A stretch of DNA of 64,000 nt from an uncultured Actinomycetota bacterium (GTDB taxonomy: Bacteria; Actinomycetota; Actinomycetes; Frankiales; Frankiaceae). Shown here one piece after another: positions 23,033-32,900 of this stretch. Location of the stretch: positions 882,846-946,845 of the forward strand of contig CAVVHC010000002.1 in the NCBI GenBank assembly GCA_963747915.1, read 5' to 3'. Under the pieces are notes generated by a model. The model made no database searches. It worked only from the letters and a program-made list of their open reading frames with translations, and was not told the DNA's origin. The translations under genes were made by a program, and so were the position numbers. Within the stretch, counting starts at the first letter, position 1. The number at the start of each line of letters is the position of its first letter.

Positions 23033-24358
23033 GTGAAGCTGGTAACACTGACGTCAACGTTCGGGGAGGAGTGTTCGCCGGTGCTGTCCCTTACGGGTAC
23101 GCGGAGCTCCGACCCTCGCGTTTCTGAGCTGCGCGATCTGCTTCGGGCACGCGTGGGCTCCGGGGCCGGGGAGGTGCTCGCCCGAGCTCGGGCAAGCATC
23201 CTGCTCGACGCCGGGGAAGACGGCTGCTGGACCGTCGGCGTCAACGTCGGCAAGGTCAGCGTTCGCGACGGGCGGGTGCGCCGTCCCGACACGGTCATCT
23301 GCGCGTCGCTGCCGGTACTGATCGAGGTCGTGGCCGGCACGCGTGCCGGGGTCGAGGCCTTCCTCGCCGGTGAGCTGACCATTCGCGGAAACATGGCGCT
23401 TGCGCTGGCACTGGACGGCGTCTTCAACGACGGGCAGGTCCCCGAGCGGCATCCCCGATCGCGGATGGTGCTCTCGAACGGGATCCGAACCTCCTACCTG
23501 GAGGCCGGTCCTGCCGACGCGCCCACCGTCGTGCTGATCCACGGGCTGGGCGCGACGAACGCCTCCATGCTCACGCTGCTGTGGGAGCTCGCCCGAGACC
23601 ACCGTGTCGTGGCGCCGGATCTGCCCGGTCACGGGGCGACGGAGGCCGTCACCGACACGTACGACGCGGAGTTCCTCGCCCGCTGGCTGCTGTGTTTCGT
23701 CGACGCGGTCGGCGCGCAGACCCCATGTCTCATCGGCAACAGCCTGGGTGGCCGCACGGCGCTGGAGGCGGCGCTGCGCTCGCCGGAGCGCTTCCGTGGG
23801 CTGGTCCTGCTCACCCCGGCGATGGCGTTCCGCAAGCTGCGGCAGTTCATCCCCGTGGTCAACGTCTTGCGTCCCGAGCTCGCGCGCTTTCCGGTCCGCT
23901 TCTCGAAGAAGATGGCGGTGGTCGGACTCAAGGGCATGTTCGCGGTGCCGAGCCGGGTGCCTCACCCGTGGTTCGTGGCCGCCGCCGACGAGTTCGTGCG
24001 GGTGATGCGGATGCCGGCCCACCGGATCGCGTTCTTCTGCGCGCTGCGCAACATCTACCTCGACGAGGCCTTCGGGGAACGCGGCTTCTGGGACCGGTTG
24101 CCGTCGCTGCAGCCTCCCGCCCTCTTCGTCTGGGGCGACCGGGATCGGCTGGTGCCGGCGGGATTCGCCCGTCACGTCGAGCAGGCCGTGCCGGCCGCCA
24201 CCTCGGTGGTGCTGTCCTCCTGCGGGCACGTCCCCCAGTTCGAGCATCCCGAACGCACCACCAAGCTGGTCCGCGAATTCATGGCGGACTTGAAGGGCGC
24301 ACGCGTCCCGGTCGCGGCGCGACCGGCGCGCTCGCGCAACAAGCGGTCCGTTGCGTGA
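23033..24358 (+). CDS. SCP2 sterol-binding domain fused to an alpha/beta hydrolase
   Basis: N-terminal SCP2-like region (FLAGELTIRGNMALALALDGVF), then VVLIHGLGATN, the nucleophile elbow GNSLGG and GHVPQFE. Confidence 0.8.
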   Translation: MKLVTLTSTFGEECSPVLSLTGTRSSDPRVSELRDLLRARVGSGAGEVLARARASILLDAGEDGCWTVGVNVGKVSVRDGRVRRPDTVICASLPVLIEVVAGTRAGVEAFLAGELTIRGNMALALALDGVFNDGQVPERHPRSRMVLSNGIRTSYLEAGPADAPTVVLIHGLGATNASMLTLLWELARDHRVVAPDLPGHGATEAVTDTYDAEFLARWLLCFVDAVGAQTPCLIGNSLGGRTALEAALRSPERFRGLVLLTPAMAFRKLRQFIPVVNVLRPELARFPVRFSKKMAVVGLKGMFAVPSRVPHPWFVAAADEFVRVMRMPAHRIAFFCALRNIYLDEAFGERGFWDRLPSLQPPALFVWGDRDRLVPAGFARHVEQAVPAATSVVLSSCGHVPQFEHPERTTKLVREFMADLKGARVPVAARPARSRNKRSVA

Positions 24359-25227
24359 GCGCACTGTCCGATCTGCGGTCAATCGGGCGTAACGCGGGTC
24401 TCTGGGGCGCCCGTCAGCTCAAGGCGCGGGTGCCGGTGGCGGACATGGACGAACGCGATCCGGATTACATCCGCGATCAGCTGCCCGGTCTCTGGTTGCT
24501 CGCGAGCCTCTACTTCCGCGCCCGGGTGCGTCATCTGGACCGCATCCCGGCGACCGGACCCGTGCTGCTGGTCGGCAACCACTCGGGCGGCAACATGACG
24601 CCGGACACCCTCGTCTTCACGCTGGCGTTCTCGTCGTACTTCGGCGTCGAGCGGCGCTTCTACCAGCTTGCCCACAACCTGGTGTTGCTCGCGCCCGGGC
24701 TCGGCGTGCTGCGCAGGTTCGGCACCATCGCGGCCAGCCCGGAAAACGCGCATCAGGTGCTGTCCTCGGGCGGGGTGCTGCTCGTGTATCCGGGCGGCGA
24801 CTACGAGGTGCACCGCCCGACCCTCGACCGCAACAAGGTCGACTTCGACGGCCGCCAGGGCTTCCTGCAGCTCGCGCTCGACGAGAATGTCCCGATCGTC
24901 CCGATCGTCAGCGTGGGTGGCCAGGAGACGGCGCTGTTTCTCTCCCGCGGGGAGTGGCTGGCCAAACTGCTGCGGCTCGATCGGCTCGCCCGCCTCAAGG
25001 TGCTGCCGATCTCGGTGGCGCCGCCCTGGGGGCTGAACGTCGGCGACTTCCTCGGCCACCTCCCGCTCCCGGCGAAGATCACCATCGACGTGCTGGAGCC
25101 CATCGACCTGCACGCCGCGTACGGCGCCGAGCCCGACCTCGACCAGGCCTATGCGGATGTGGTCGCGCGCATGCAGGACGCGCTGGATGCCCTCGCCGCC
25201 GAACGGCGCTTCCCGGTGCTCGGCTGA
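24355..25227 (+). CDS. lysophospholipid (1-acyl-glycerol-3-phosphate type) acyltransferase
   Basis: LLVGNHSGGNMTPD (HX4D-type block) and VYPGGDYE blocks. GTG at 24355 overlaps the upstream stop (GTGA). Confidence 0.82.
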   Translation: MSALSDLRSIGRNAGLWGARQLKARVPVADMDERDPDYIRDQLPGLWLLASLYFRARVRHLDRIPATGPVLLVGNHSGGNMTPDTLVFTLAFSSYFGVERRFYQLAHNLVLLAPGLGVLRRFGTIAASPENAHQVLSSGGVLLVYPGGDYEVHRPTLDRNKVDFDGRQGFLQLALDENVPIVPIVSVGGQETALFLSRGEWLAKLLRLDRLARLKVLPISVAPPWGLNVGDFLGHLPLPAKITIDVLEPIDLHAAYGAEPDLDQAYADVVARMQDALDALAAERRFPVLG

Positions 25228-25709
25228 TGCGCGTCGTCCAGCAGATGCGCATCGAGGCGCCGCGCAAGGCGGTGTGGGCGTTCGTCAGCGACGGCCGCTG
25301 CTATCCGGACTTCATGGCGAACACCGACCGGTGGGAGGTCGTCGGCGAGCAGCCGGGCGGCTGCGGCGCGCGCTGGCAGGTGCATCTGCGGGTCGGCTCG
25401 GCGTCCGTCGGCGGCCTCGTAGAGGTGACCGAGTTCGACGAGCCGGCCAACCTGGCCTTCAACGCGATCACCGGCGTCGCGCTGCGCGGCCGCTGGCGAC
25501 TGCGCGAACGGCGGCCCGGGGTGACGGACGTCGAGCTGCGGCTGGCCTATCAGTCACCGGGTGGGCTGCTCGGTCTCGTGGCCGATCGCGTCGCCGGGCC
25601 GCTGGTGAGCCGCACCCTCAAGCAGAGCCTGCGCAACCTGCGGGATCTGGTCGAGAACGGGACGAAGGCGCCCCCACCGGGGAGCAGGTCGCGGCGTCGA
25701 GCGAGCTGA
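25227..25709 (+). CDS. SRPBCC (polyketide cyclase/START-like) ligand-binding protein
   Basis: MRVVQQMRIEAPRKAVWAFVSDGRCYPDFM... is a typical SRPBCC N-terminus. The ATG overlaps the upstream stop (TGATG). Confidence 0.72.
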   Translation: MRVVQQMRIEAPRKAVWAFVSDGRCYPDFMANTDRWEVVGEQPGGCGARWQVHLRVGSASVGGLVEVTEFDEPANLAFNAITGVALRGRWRLRERRPGVTDVELRLAYQSPGGLLGLVADRVAGPLVSRTLKQSLRNLRDLVENGTKAPPPGSRSRRRAS

Positions 25710-25718
25710 ACTCCGGTG

Positions 25719-26837
25719 TCAGGGGGTGATGACCAGGCCGGCGGCGCGGCAGCCCTCGGTGAGCCGTTCCAGCCCGAACGCGTCCACCGGCCCGAGGGCG
25801 CCGACACCCTCGACGCGGCCGTCGGCGAGCTCGCACGCCGCCCACGCCATGAGGCTTGCCGTGAGGTCGTAGCCACCTGGGCCCTCGACGCGCACCGATG
25901 AGAGCTGCCGTCCCCGCTCGTCACTCGCCACCGCGATCGCGACCGACCGCTGCCGGGCACGTTCGGTCGCGCCGGGTCCCTTTCCGGTGACGGCGACCGC
26001 CCGGTCCGCCCGGCGCTGCATCCGCTCGCGCAGCGCGGGGATGCGCAGCAGGCCGGTCGTGAACGACGCCACCGGCATCGCGTAGCTCGCCCTGCCGAAC
26101 CAGCCGAGGTAGTTCGCGACGTCGGTGAGCTGCGGGAAGCTGCGCGGCAACGCCAGTGACTCGGTGCTGCCGTAAAGGACCGCGGGGCGGCGGGTGCCGC
26201 GGTCGTTGAAGTTGTGGACGGTGCGCCCGGTCGGCCGCAGCTTGAGCCGCCCGGAGGACAGCAGATGGGAGGGATCGCTGAAGCCGCCGAGCGACGTGGC
26301 TCGGGTGCCGCTCGACATCCCGGCGTTGCCCTCGAAGAAGTAGCCCGTCTCGACGCGGCGAGCCGCCGAACCAGCCTGGGTGAGCGCGATGGCTGCCGCG
26401 AGGTTGCCCGGCACGAAGTCGTAGCCGAACGCCGTGAGCAGCGCGCAACGAGCCGCCGCCGCCCGCGGGCCGTCGTCGGCGAACACCGATCGCACGAAGC
26501 CGGACTCGCCGGTTGAATCGACGTAATGGGCGTGGGAAGCGATCGCTGCGTCCAGCGCGGCCTTGCCGTAGCGGCGAAACGGCCCCACCGTCGTCGCGAG
26601 CACGTCACCGGGGCCGATCAGCTCCGCGACCGAATCCGGATTGCTCACGTCCGCGCGCGCCGTCGGGAGCCCACCGAGCTCGCCGGCGAGCGCCGAAAGC
26701 TTCGGCCCGGACCGGCCGGCGAGCACCGGCCGCCTCCCGCGGTCGACCAGCGCCTGCGCGAGCAGCCGCCCGGTGAATCCGCTGGCTCCGAACACGACGA
26801 TCCGCGGCGCGCTCTGCTGCGCTGATTCCGACGTCAC
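25719..26837 (-). CDS. saccharopine dehydrogenase-like NAD(P)-binding oxidoreductase
   Basis: IVVFGASGFTGRLLAQAL Rossmann N-terminus and TVGPFRRYG. Confidence 0.78.
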   Translation of the reverse strand: MTSESAQQSAPRIVVFGASGFTGRLLAQALVDRGRRPVLAGRSGPKLSALAGELGGLPTARADVSNPDSVAELIGPGDVLATTVGPFRRYGKAALDAAIASHAHYVDSTGESGFVRSVFADDGPRAAAARCALLTAFGYDFVPGNLAAAIALTQAGSAARRVETGYFFEGNAGMSSGTRATSLGGFSDPSHLLSSGRLKLRPTGRTVHNFNDRGTRRPAVLYGSTESLALPRSFPQLTDVANYLGWFGRASYAMPVASFTTGLLRIPALRERMQRRADRAVAVTGKGPGATERARQRSVAIAVASDERGRQLSSVRVEGPGGYDLTASLMAWAACELADGRVEGVGALGPVDAFGLERLTEGCRAAGLVITP

Positions 26838-26882
26838 GGCGACACCTTTCCCCGGCCGCAGGCGGCCGCGCAGCTACCGGTA

Positions 26883-27803
26883 CTAGACGCTGCGCAAGTA
26901 GTCGTCGAAGGATGCCCCGGTCAGCCGCTCGTACGCCTCCACGTAGCGCGCGCGGGTCGCCTGCACGACGTCCTCCGGGAGCTCGACCGCCTCCCCGCGG
27001 TGGCCGCTTTCGATCAGCCAGTCACGGACGTACTGCTTGTCGTAGGACGGCTGCGCCTGGCCGGGCGTCCACTGGTCCGCCGGCCAGAAGCGGGAGGAGT
27101 CGGGCGTCAGCACCTCGTCGGCCAGCCGCAGCACGCCGTCGCGGTCGCGGCCGAACTCGAACTTGGTGTCGGCGAGCAGGATGCCGCGCTCGCTCGCGAT
27201 ACCCGAAGCCCGGCGGAAGATCGCCAGCGTGAGTCGCTCGAGCTCGGCGGCCCGCGCCGCCCCGATCTGGTGGACCACGTCGTCGCGGGTGATGTTCTCG
27301 TCGTGCTCGCCGATCGGCGCCTTCGTGCTCGGCGTGTAGATCGGCTCGGGCAGCCTGCTGCCGTCGACCAGCCCTGCGGGCAGCTCGTGACCGGAGACGG
27401 AGCCGCTGCGCTGGTAGTCCTTGTAGCCGCTGCCGGTGAGGTATCCGCGGGCGACGCACTCGACCTGCACCATGTCCAGCCGGCGGCACAGCATCGAGCG
27501 GCCACGTAGCTGCTCGGCGTAGCGGCGCGAGCTCCGGCGGGTACTCGTCGACCTTCGCGGTGAGCAGGTGGCTCGGCACGAGGTCGGCCAGCTGGTCGAA
27601 CCACCAGAGCGACAGTGCCGTCAGCACCGCGCCCTTGTCGGGGATCTCGGTCGGCATGATCACGTCGAACGCGCTGATGCGGTCGCTGACGCGACGAGCA
27701 GCAGGGCAGGCTCCTGCCCGGCGGACTCCACGGCGAACAGCTCGCGGACTTTGCCTGAGCCGAGGTGGGTCAGGCCGGCGAAGGAAGACGCAGCAAGGGG
27801 CAC
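26883..27803 (-). pseudogene. purC: SAICAR synthase with frame breaks near 27685 and 27525
   Basis: Three pieces in three phases: GSGKVRELF...LLLVAS / (SD)RISAFDVIMPTEIPDKGAVLTALSLWWF...DEYPPELAP / YAEQLRGRSMLCRRLDMVQVECVARGYLTGSG... to the stop at 26883. All conserved blocks are present. Confidence 0.85.
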
Positions 27804-27849
27804 CGGACGACCCTAACGAACCCCGGCGGCTTGCGCGCCGGCAGTCCGA

Positions 27850-29268
27850 TCAGCCGCGCGCGCCGCCGGTGATGGCCCAGGACGTGAGCGCCAATCCGGG
27901 CGTGTGCACCGGGGTGGGATCGCCGTCGGCGAGCACGCTCTCGCCGTCGACCCCGAGAACTCGTCCCGGGCCGAGCGCCTCGGCGTAGGACTGGGTGAAA
28001 CGCAGGTTGCGCACCGGCTGCGAGATGATCCCGTCCTCGATGAGGAACACCCCGTTACGCGTCAGCCCGGTGACGACGAGCCGACGCGGGTCGAGCAGCC
28101 GGGTGTACCAGAAGTCGGTGATGAGCAGCGCCTGCTGCAGCCCGGCGTAGAGCTCGTCGGGAGCTTCCGTTCCCGGGCGCAGCAGCAGCGCGGGCGCCGC
28201 GGCGGCGGTGACGTAGCGGTGCGAGATGGCGCCGCCGTTGGAACGCACGCCGGGAATGGTCTTCGCGTCGCGCCGGTCGCTGGCGAGCTCGCGGGTGACG
28301 CCGTCGGCGATGAGGTCGTACGCCGTCCGCGGGGTGCCCTGCGCGTCGAACGCGAGTGCCGGCATCCGGTCGTCGAGCGGGTCGCAGCGCAGCGTGATCA
28401 GCTGGTCGAACTGGGCCTGCCCGGGCCGGGCGAAGCTGCGGCCCTCGGCGTAGGGCCGCGAGCTCAGGCCGCTGGCGAGCCACGACAGCACATCGACCAC
28501 GGCACCGGGACGCAGCACGACGACGTATTCACCGGGTGCGATGTCAGCCGGCTCATGGGCGGCGGCCAGCGCGATCTCGGCTGAGGTGACGGCCGGCTGC
28601 AGCGCCGTCGAGGTCGGCGAGGCGCACCGCGCTCGCCCGGCCGCTGCCGTCAGCAGGCGCCGGGCCGCCGGTCGGCGCGCGGGAGATGCCGTCGACCGTG
28701 GCGGAGGTGACGCTGCCGGCAGCTTGCTGGCCCGCCGTGTTCGCGAAGGCCGTCGCGACGCCTCGGGTCGCGCAGTAGCCGGCGGTCTCCAGGCCTCGCG
28801 CAGCGTCGACGAACGCGGCGACGAGCGCGGCGCGGTCGGCGGCGGTCGCGTCAGCCGTGGCCCGGTCGGCGTGAGCGACGGGGATGACCTCGGCCTGGGG
28901 CGCGAGCCCGGGCCAGTTGGGATCGGCGGGCCGCATGCGGGCGGTGGTGAGAGCCGCCTCGACCATGCGCCGCACGCCGTCCGGCCCCGGGCCAGCCGTC
29001 GGCGCCGCCGAAGAGCTGGGCGGTGCGGCCGTCGAGGGTGACCGAGAGGGTCGAGCGTGCGGACGTCTTCGGTGACGCTCTGATGGATGGCCGACTCGGC
29101 AAAGCGGGTGAGCGCGCTGGTGCCGACTTCGGTCGTCACCGCGATATGCGCGCCGGCGCCGGCGACGTCCACGGCCACATCCAGCGCGGCTTGCGCCAAC
29201 TCGCGGGCCGCGTCCTCCTCGGCGATCAGCCGCCCCGGGTCATGGCGGTGGTGGAAGAGCTCAACCAC
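27850..29268 (-). pseudogene. pmbA: PmbA/TldD-family protein with frame breaks near 29050, 28985 and 28606
   Basis: The N- and C-terminal thirds are in one phase (FAESAIHQSVTEDVRT...; ...YVVVLRPGAVVDVLSWL...LITDFWYTR...). The middle reads sensibly only in two other phases (LSVTLDGRTAQLFGGADGWPG; VRRMVEAALTTARMRPADPNWPGL...TAGYCATRGVATAFANTAG). Confidence 0.8.
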
Positions 29269-30700
29269 GGACGCCTACCCGGACCCCGCGGAAGCGTCCC
29301 GGCACCGACGGGTGCCCGGTGTGGCCGATCTGCAGCGGCTGGCCCTTGCCGCAGTTGGGGGTGCCCCAGACCGTCACCTCATCCGGCCCGGCGAGGGCGT
29401 CCAGAGACGCCCAGAAGCGCGGCCCGATGCCGGTGTAGGTCGGGTTGCGCAGCATCCGGCCGCGCTTGCCGTTCTTGATCTCGTACCCGACCTCGCAGCC
29501 GAACTGGAAGTTCTGCCGGCGGTCGTCGATCGACCAGGAGCGGTTGTTTTCCATGAAGATGCCGTCGGACGTGGCGGCGATGATCTCCTCGAGCGACGAG
29601 GTACCGGGAAGCAAGCCGACGTTCGTCATCCGCACCATCGGCATGCGCGCCCAGCCGTCGGCGCGCATGCAGGCACCGCTCCGGGTGAGCCCGGCGCGCG
29701 CCGCGGAGTCACGCCCGGACAGCACGCCGACCCAGATCCCGTCGCGGACGATGTCGACGGGACGGGCGGGGGTGCCCTCGTCGTCGTAGCCGAAGGAGCC
29801 GAGCCCGCCGGGGATGGTGGCGTCGGCGGTGACATTCATGAGCTCGCTGCCGTAGCGCAGCGAACCGAGCTGGGCGAGGTCGAGCCAGGAGGTGCCGGCG
29901 AAAGCCGCCTCCCAGCCGAGGATGCGGTCGAGCTCGACCGCGTGGCCGACCGACTCGTGGATCTGCAGCGCCATCTGCTCGCTGCCGAGGATGAGGTCAG
30001 TGGTGGTGGCCGGGCACTCCGGCGCCGTGAGCAGGGCGCGCGCTTCGGTGGCGATCCGTTCGGCGTTGCCGACCAGGTCGAAGGAGCGGATCAGCTCGTA
30101 CCCGCGGGTGCCGTAGTGCCCGAACGCACTCGGGTGGCTGCGGCGCTGCGTCTCACGCTCACCGATCGCCGTCGCGCTCATCCCGGCTCCGCACTTGCGG
30201 ACTCGCTGGCGGATCCGGGTGCCTTCGCTGGACACCAGCCACGTCTCGACGTCCCAGACGGCGAGCGTCGCCGTCGCGATGTCGGCTCCCGCCCGCCCCA
30301 TCTCGGCCGTCGCTTCGGTGAGGAGGGTGGCCTTCGCGTCCAGCGGGACGGCCATCGGGTCCTCGTCGAACGAGCTTTCCCATTCGGCGACGACCGGTGG
30401 CTCGGGCAGCAGCTGCGCGGGTGGCCCCGGCACGCTCGCGGCGGCGCGGGCGGCCGCGGCGGCCTGCTCGCCCGCCCGCCGCACGTGAGGACCGGACAGT
30501 TGAGCGGTGGCGGCGTGTCCCCAGCCGGCGCCGATCAGTGCGCGCACGCCGAGGCCGGCGCTCTCCCCCTGATTCAGGTCCTCGAGCACGCCGTCCTGGG
30601 CGCGCAGCCGCTGGTCACGGCTGATCACCACGCGGGCGTCGGCGAAACGGGCACCGGCGGCGAGCGCCGCTTCTACCGCTGCCTGCGCGAGCGCGTACAT
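29261..30700 (-). CDS. tldD: TldD-family metalloprotease
   Basis: 479-aa intact ORF with ESAGLGVRALIGAGWGHA and the metal site HESVGHAVELDR. It overlaps the pmbA-like start by 8 nt. Confidence 0.88.
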   Translation of the reverse strand: MYALAQAAVEAALAAGARFADARVVISRDQRLRAQDGVLEDLNQGESAGLGVRALIGAGWGHAATAQLSGPHVRRAGEQAAAAARAAASVPGPPAQLLPEPPVVAEWESSFDEDPMAVPLDAKATLLTEATAEMGRAGADIATATLAVWDVETWLVSSEGTRIRQRVRKCGAGMSATAIGERETQRRSHPSAFGHYGTRGYELIRSFDLVGNAERIATEARALLTAPECPATTTDLILGSEQMALQIHESVGHAVELDRILGWEAAFAGTSWLDLAQLGSLRYGSELMNVTADATIPGGLGSFGYDDEGTPARPVDIVRDGIWVGVLSGRDSAARAGLTRSGACMRADGWARMPMVRMTNVGLLPGTSSLEEIIAATSDGIFMENNRSWSIDDRRQNFQFGCEVGYEIKNGKRGRMLRNPTYTGIGPRFWASLDALAGPDEVTVWGTPNCGKGQPLQIGHTGHPSVPGRFRGVRVGVRG

Positions 30701-30716
30701 CTGCCGGTCCGCGGTG

Positions 30717-30995
30717 TCAGATCGGGCGGATGGCTTCGGCGCCGCCGTCTGAGAGCCACCGGACGGTGCAGCCGTCGGTGCCCTCCAGCTTCGCGAGCTT
30801 CATCACGAGCTCGTCGGCGACGGACTCGACTTCCTCCCGCCGGTAGGCGTGCACGGTGACGGTGTCACCGTCGGCGGCAACGACCTCGGCCCGGGTGCGT
30901 AACTCGTCCTCCAGGTATTGGCGGACTGCGGCCCCGTCGAGCGGGCTCTCCGGCAGCAGCGTCACGGTCAGGTCGACCGGGTCTTCGTCCCTCAC
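30717..30995 (-). CDS. small acidic hypothetical protein
   Basis: 92-aa ORF directly upstream of tldD on the same strand. Codon usage looks coding. No family recognised. Confidence 0.45.
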   Translation of the reverse strand: MRDEDPVDLTVTLLPESPLDGAAVRQYLEDELRTRAEVVAADGDTVTVHAYRREEVESVADELVMKLAKLEGTDGCTVRWLSDGGAEAIRPI

Positions 30996-31019
30996 GGGGT
31001 CAGCTTGTCATGACCGTCG

Positions 31020-32327
31020 TCAGGAAAGCGCGCCGAGCCGCTCGAAGACGCCGTCCAACCGCTGCACGTACCGCTCCGGGCGGCAGACGTCGTCGAGCGC
31101 AGCCTCATCGAGCTTCAGCCCGGCTTCGGCGGCACCCGTGCGCAGCGTCTCGCGGAACGGCACCCCGGTGGACCACGTCTTCATCGCCGCGGACTGCACC
31201 AGCGCGTAGGCGTCTTCCCGCGACTGCCCGGTCTCGACCAGCGCCAGCAGCACCGCCGAGGTGTAGATGAGGCCACCACTCGAGTCGAGGTTCGCCCGCA
31301 TCCGCGCGGCGTCGACGACGAGCCCGGACGCCAGCCGGGTGGTGAGGTGCAGCAGGTAGTCGGTGCCGGTGGCGGCGTCCGGCAAGGCGATGCGCTCCGT
31401 CGAGCTGTGCGAGATGTCGCGCTCGTGCCACAGCGGTACGCCTTCGAGTACCGGCACGTACTGGGCCCGCACGATCCGGGCGAGCCCGGCGATGCGCTCA
31501 CTCATGATCGGGTTCTTCTTGTGCGGCATCGCCGAGGAGCCCTTTTGCCCGCTGCCGAAGGGCTCGGACAGCTCGCGGACCTCGGTGCGCTGGCCATGGC
31601 GCACCTCGAGCGCCAATGCCTCGCACATGGTGGCGAGCCCGGCGAGCGCGGCGACCCAGTTGGCGATGCCGTCGCGCAGCACCACCTGGGTCGCCACATC
31701 CGCCGGGCGCAGCCCCAGCGCCGCGGCGACCTGCGCCTCGACGGTCGGATCGATGTTCGAGTAGGTGCCGACCGCTCCGCTGATCTTGCACACGGCGACG
31801 TCGGCCCGAGCGGCGCGCAGCCGGTCCCGGCAGCGCGCCATGCCGAATGCGATATCGGCGACGCGGTGGCCGAAGACGTCCGGCTCGGCATGGATGCCAT
31901 GGGTGCGGCCGACCCGCAGGGTCGAACGGTGCGCCAAGCCGAGGTCGCGCAGCACGGCGACCAGGCCGTCGGCTCGCGCGAGCAGCAGGTCGGTGGCCTC
32001 GACGAGCTGCAACGCGAGCGCGGTGTCGAGCAGGTCCGACGACGTCATGCCGAAGTGCACGTAGGCGGCCGCCTCACGCGGGGTGGTCTGGTCCGCCCAC
32101 GCGGTGAGGAACGCGATCACGTCGTGCTGGGTGACCGCCTCGATGTCCGCCACGGCCTGTGGCGTCGGCGCCGGCGCGTGACGGACCGGCTCGACGGCCG
32201 ATTCCGGAACGACACCGGCCGCCGCATGCGCCTCCAGGACGAGCAGCTCGACCCGGCACCACAGCTCGTACTTGTGTGCTTCCGACCAGACCCGGCCCAT
32301 GTCCGGGAGCGTGTAGCGCTCGATCAC
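31020..32327 (-). CDS. purB: adenylosuccinate lyase
   Basis: VIERYTLPDMGRVWSEAHKYELWCRVE... and the signature GSSAMPHKKNP. GTG at 32327 lies 10 nt after the purE stop. The longer track ORF is an extension. Confidence 0.92.
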   Translation of the reverse strand: MIERYTLPDMGRVWSEAHKYELWCRVELLVLEAHAAAGVVPESAVEPVRHAPAPTPQAVADIEAVTQHDVIAFLTAWADQTTPREAAAYVHFGMTSSDLLDTALALQLVEATDLLLARADGLVAVLRDLGLAHRSTLRVGRTHGIHAEPDVFGHRVADIAFGMARCRDRLRAARADVAVCKISGAVGTYSNIDPTVEAQVAAALGLRPADVATQVVLRDGIANWVAALAGLATMCEALALEVRHGQRTEVRELSEPFGSGQKGSSAMPHKKNPIMSERIAGLARIVRAQYVPVLEGVPLWHERDISHSSTERIALPDAATGTDYLLHLTTRLASGLVVDAARMRANLDSSGGLIYTSAVLLALVETGQSREDAYALVQSAAMKTWSTGVPFRETLRTGAAEAGLKLDEAALDDVCRPERYVQRLDGVFERLGALS

Positions 32328-32337
32328 CAGAAGACCG

Positions 32338-32826
32338 CTACTTGCCCAAGCCGGCCGCGGCCGCCTGCTCGAAGGATTCCTTGAACTCGACCAGCTTGGC
32401 GCGCAGGCTCTCGTCGTGACTCGCGATGATCTGCACCGCGAGCACGGCGGCGTTGGTGGAGTTGTCCAGGCCCACGCAGGCGACCGGCACGCCTGGCGGC
32501 ATTTGCGCGATGGCGAGCAAAGCGTCGAGCCCGTCCAGCGCACCACCCTTGATGGGCACGCCGATGACCGGCAGGGTGCAGTGCGCCGCCGCGACGCCGG
32601 GCAGCGCGGCGGACAGCCCGGCGCCCGCGATGACGACCTCGACGCCACGCGCCGGCAGCCCGGCGAGCCACGTGGTGAGCGCCTTCGGCGCCCGATGCGC
32701 GGAGATGGACACCTCCTCGTAGCCCACTCCGAAGCGGTCGAGGGTCGCCCCGGCCTTGCTCATGACGTTGGCGTCGCTCGGTGAGCCGTAGACGATCGCG
32801 ACCTTGGGGTCAGCCACGTTTGGCAC
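32338..32826 (-). CDS. purE: 5-(carboxyamino)imidazole ribonucleotide mutase
   Basis: VAIVYGSPSDANVM, SAHRAP and AGLSAALPGVAAAHCTLPVIGVP motifs. Confidence 0.93.
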   Translation of the reverse strand: MPNVADPKVAIVYGSPSDANVMSKAGATLDRFGVGYEEVSISAHRAPKALTTWLAGLPARGVEVVIAGAGLSAALPGVAAAHCTLPVIGVPIKGGALDGLDALLAIAQMPPGVPVACVGLDNSTNAAVLAVQIIASHDESLRAKLVEFKESFEQAAAAGLGK

Positions 32827-32900
32827 TCCTCCCGGATGTCAGGCCCGCGTGGAACTGCCCTTGCGGCAGCCCTTCTCGGCGGGCGTTGGTGGTTGCTGGG

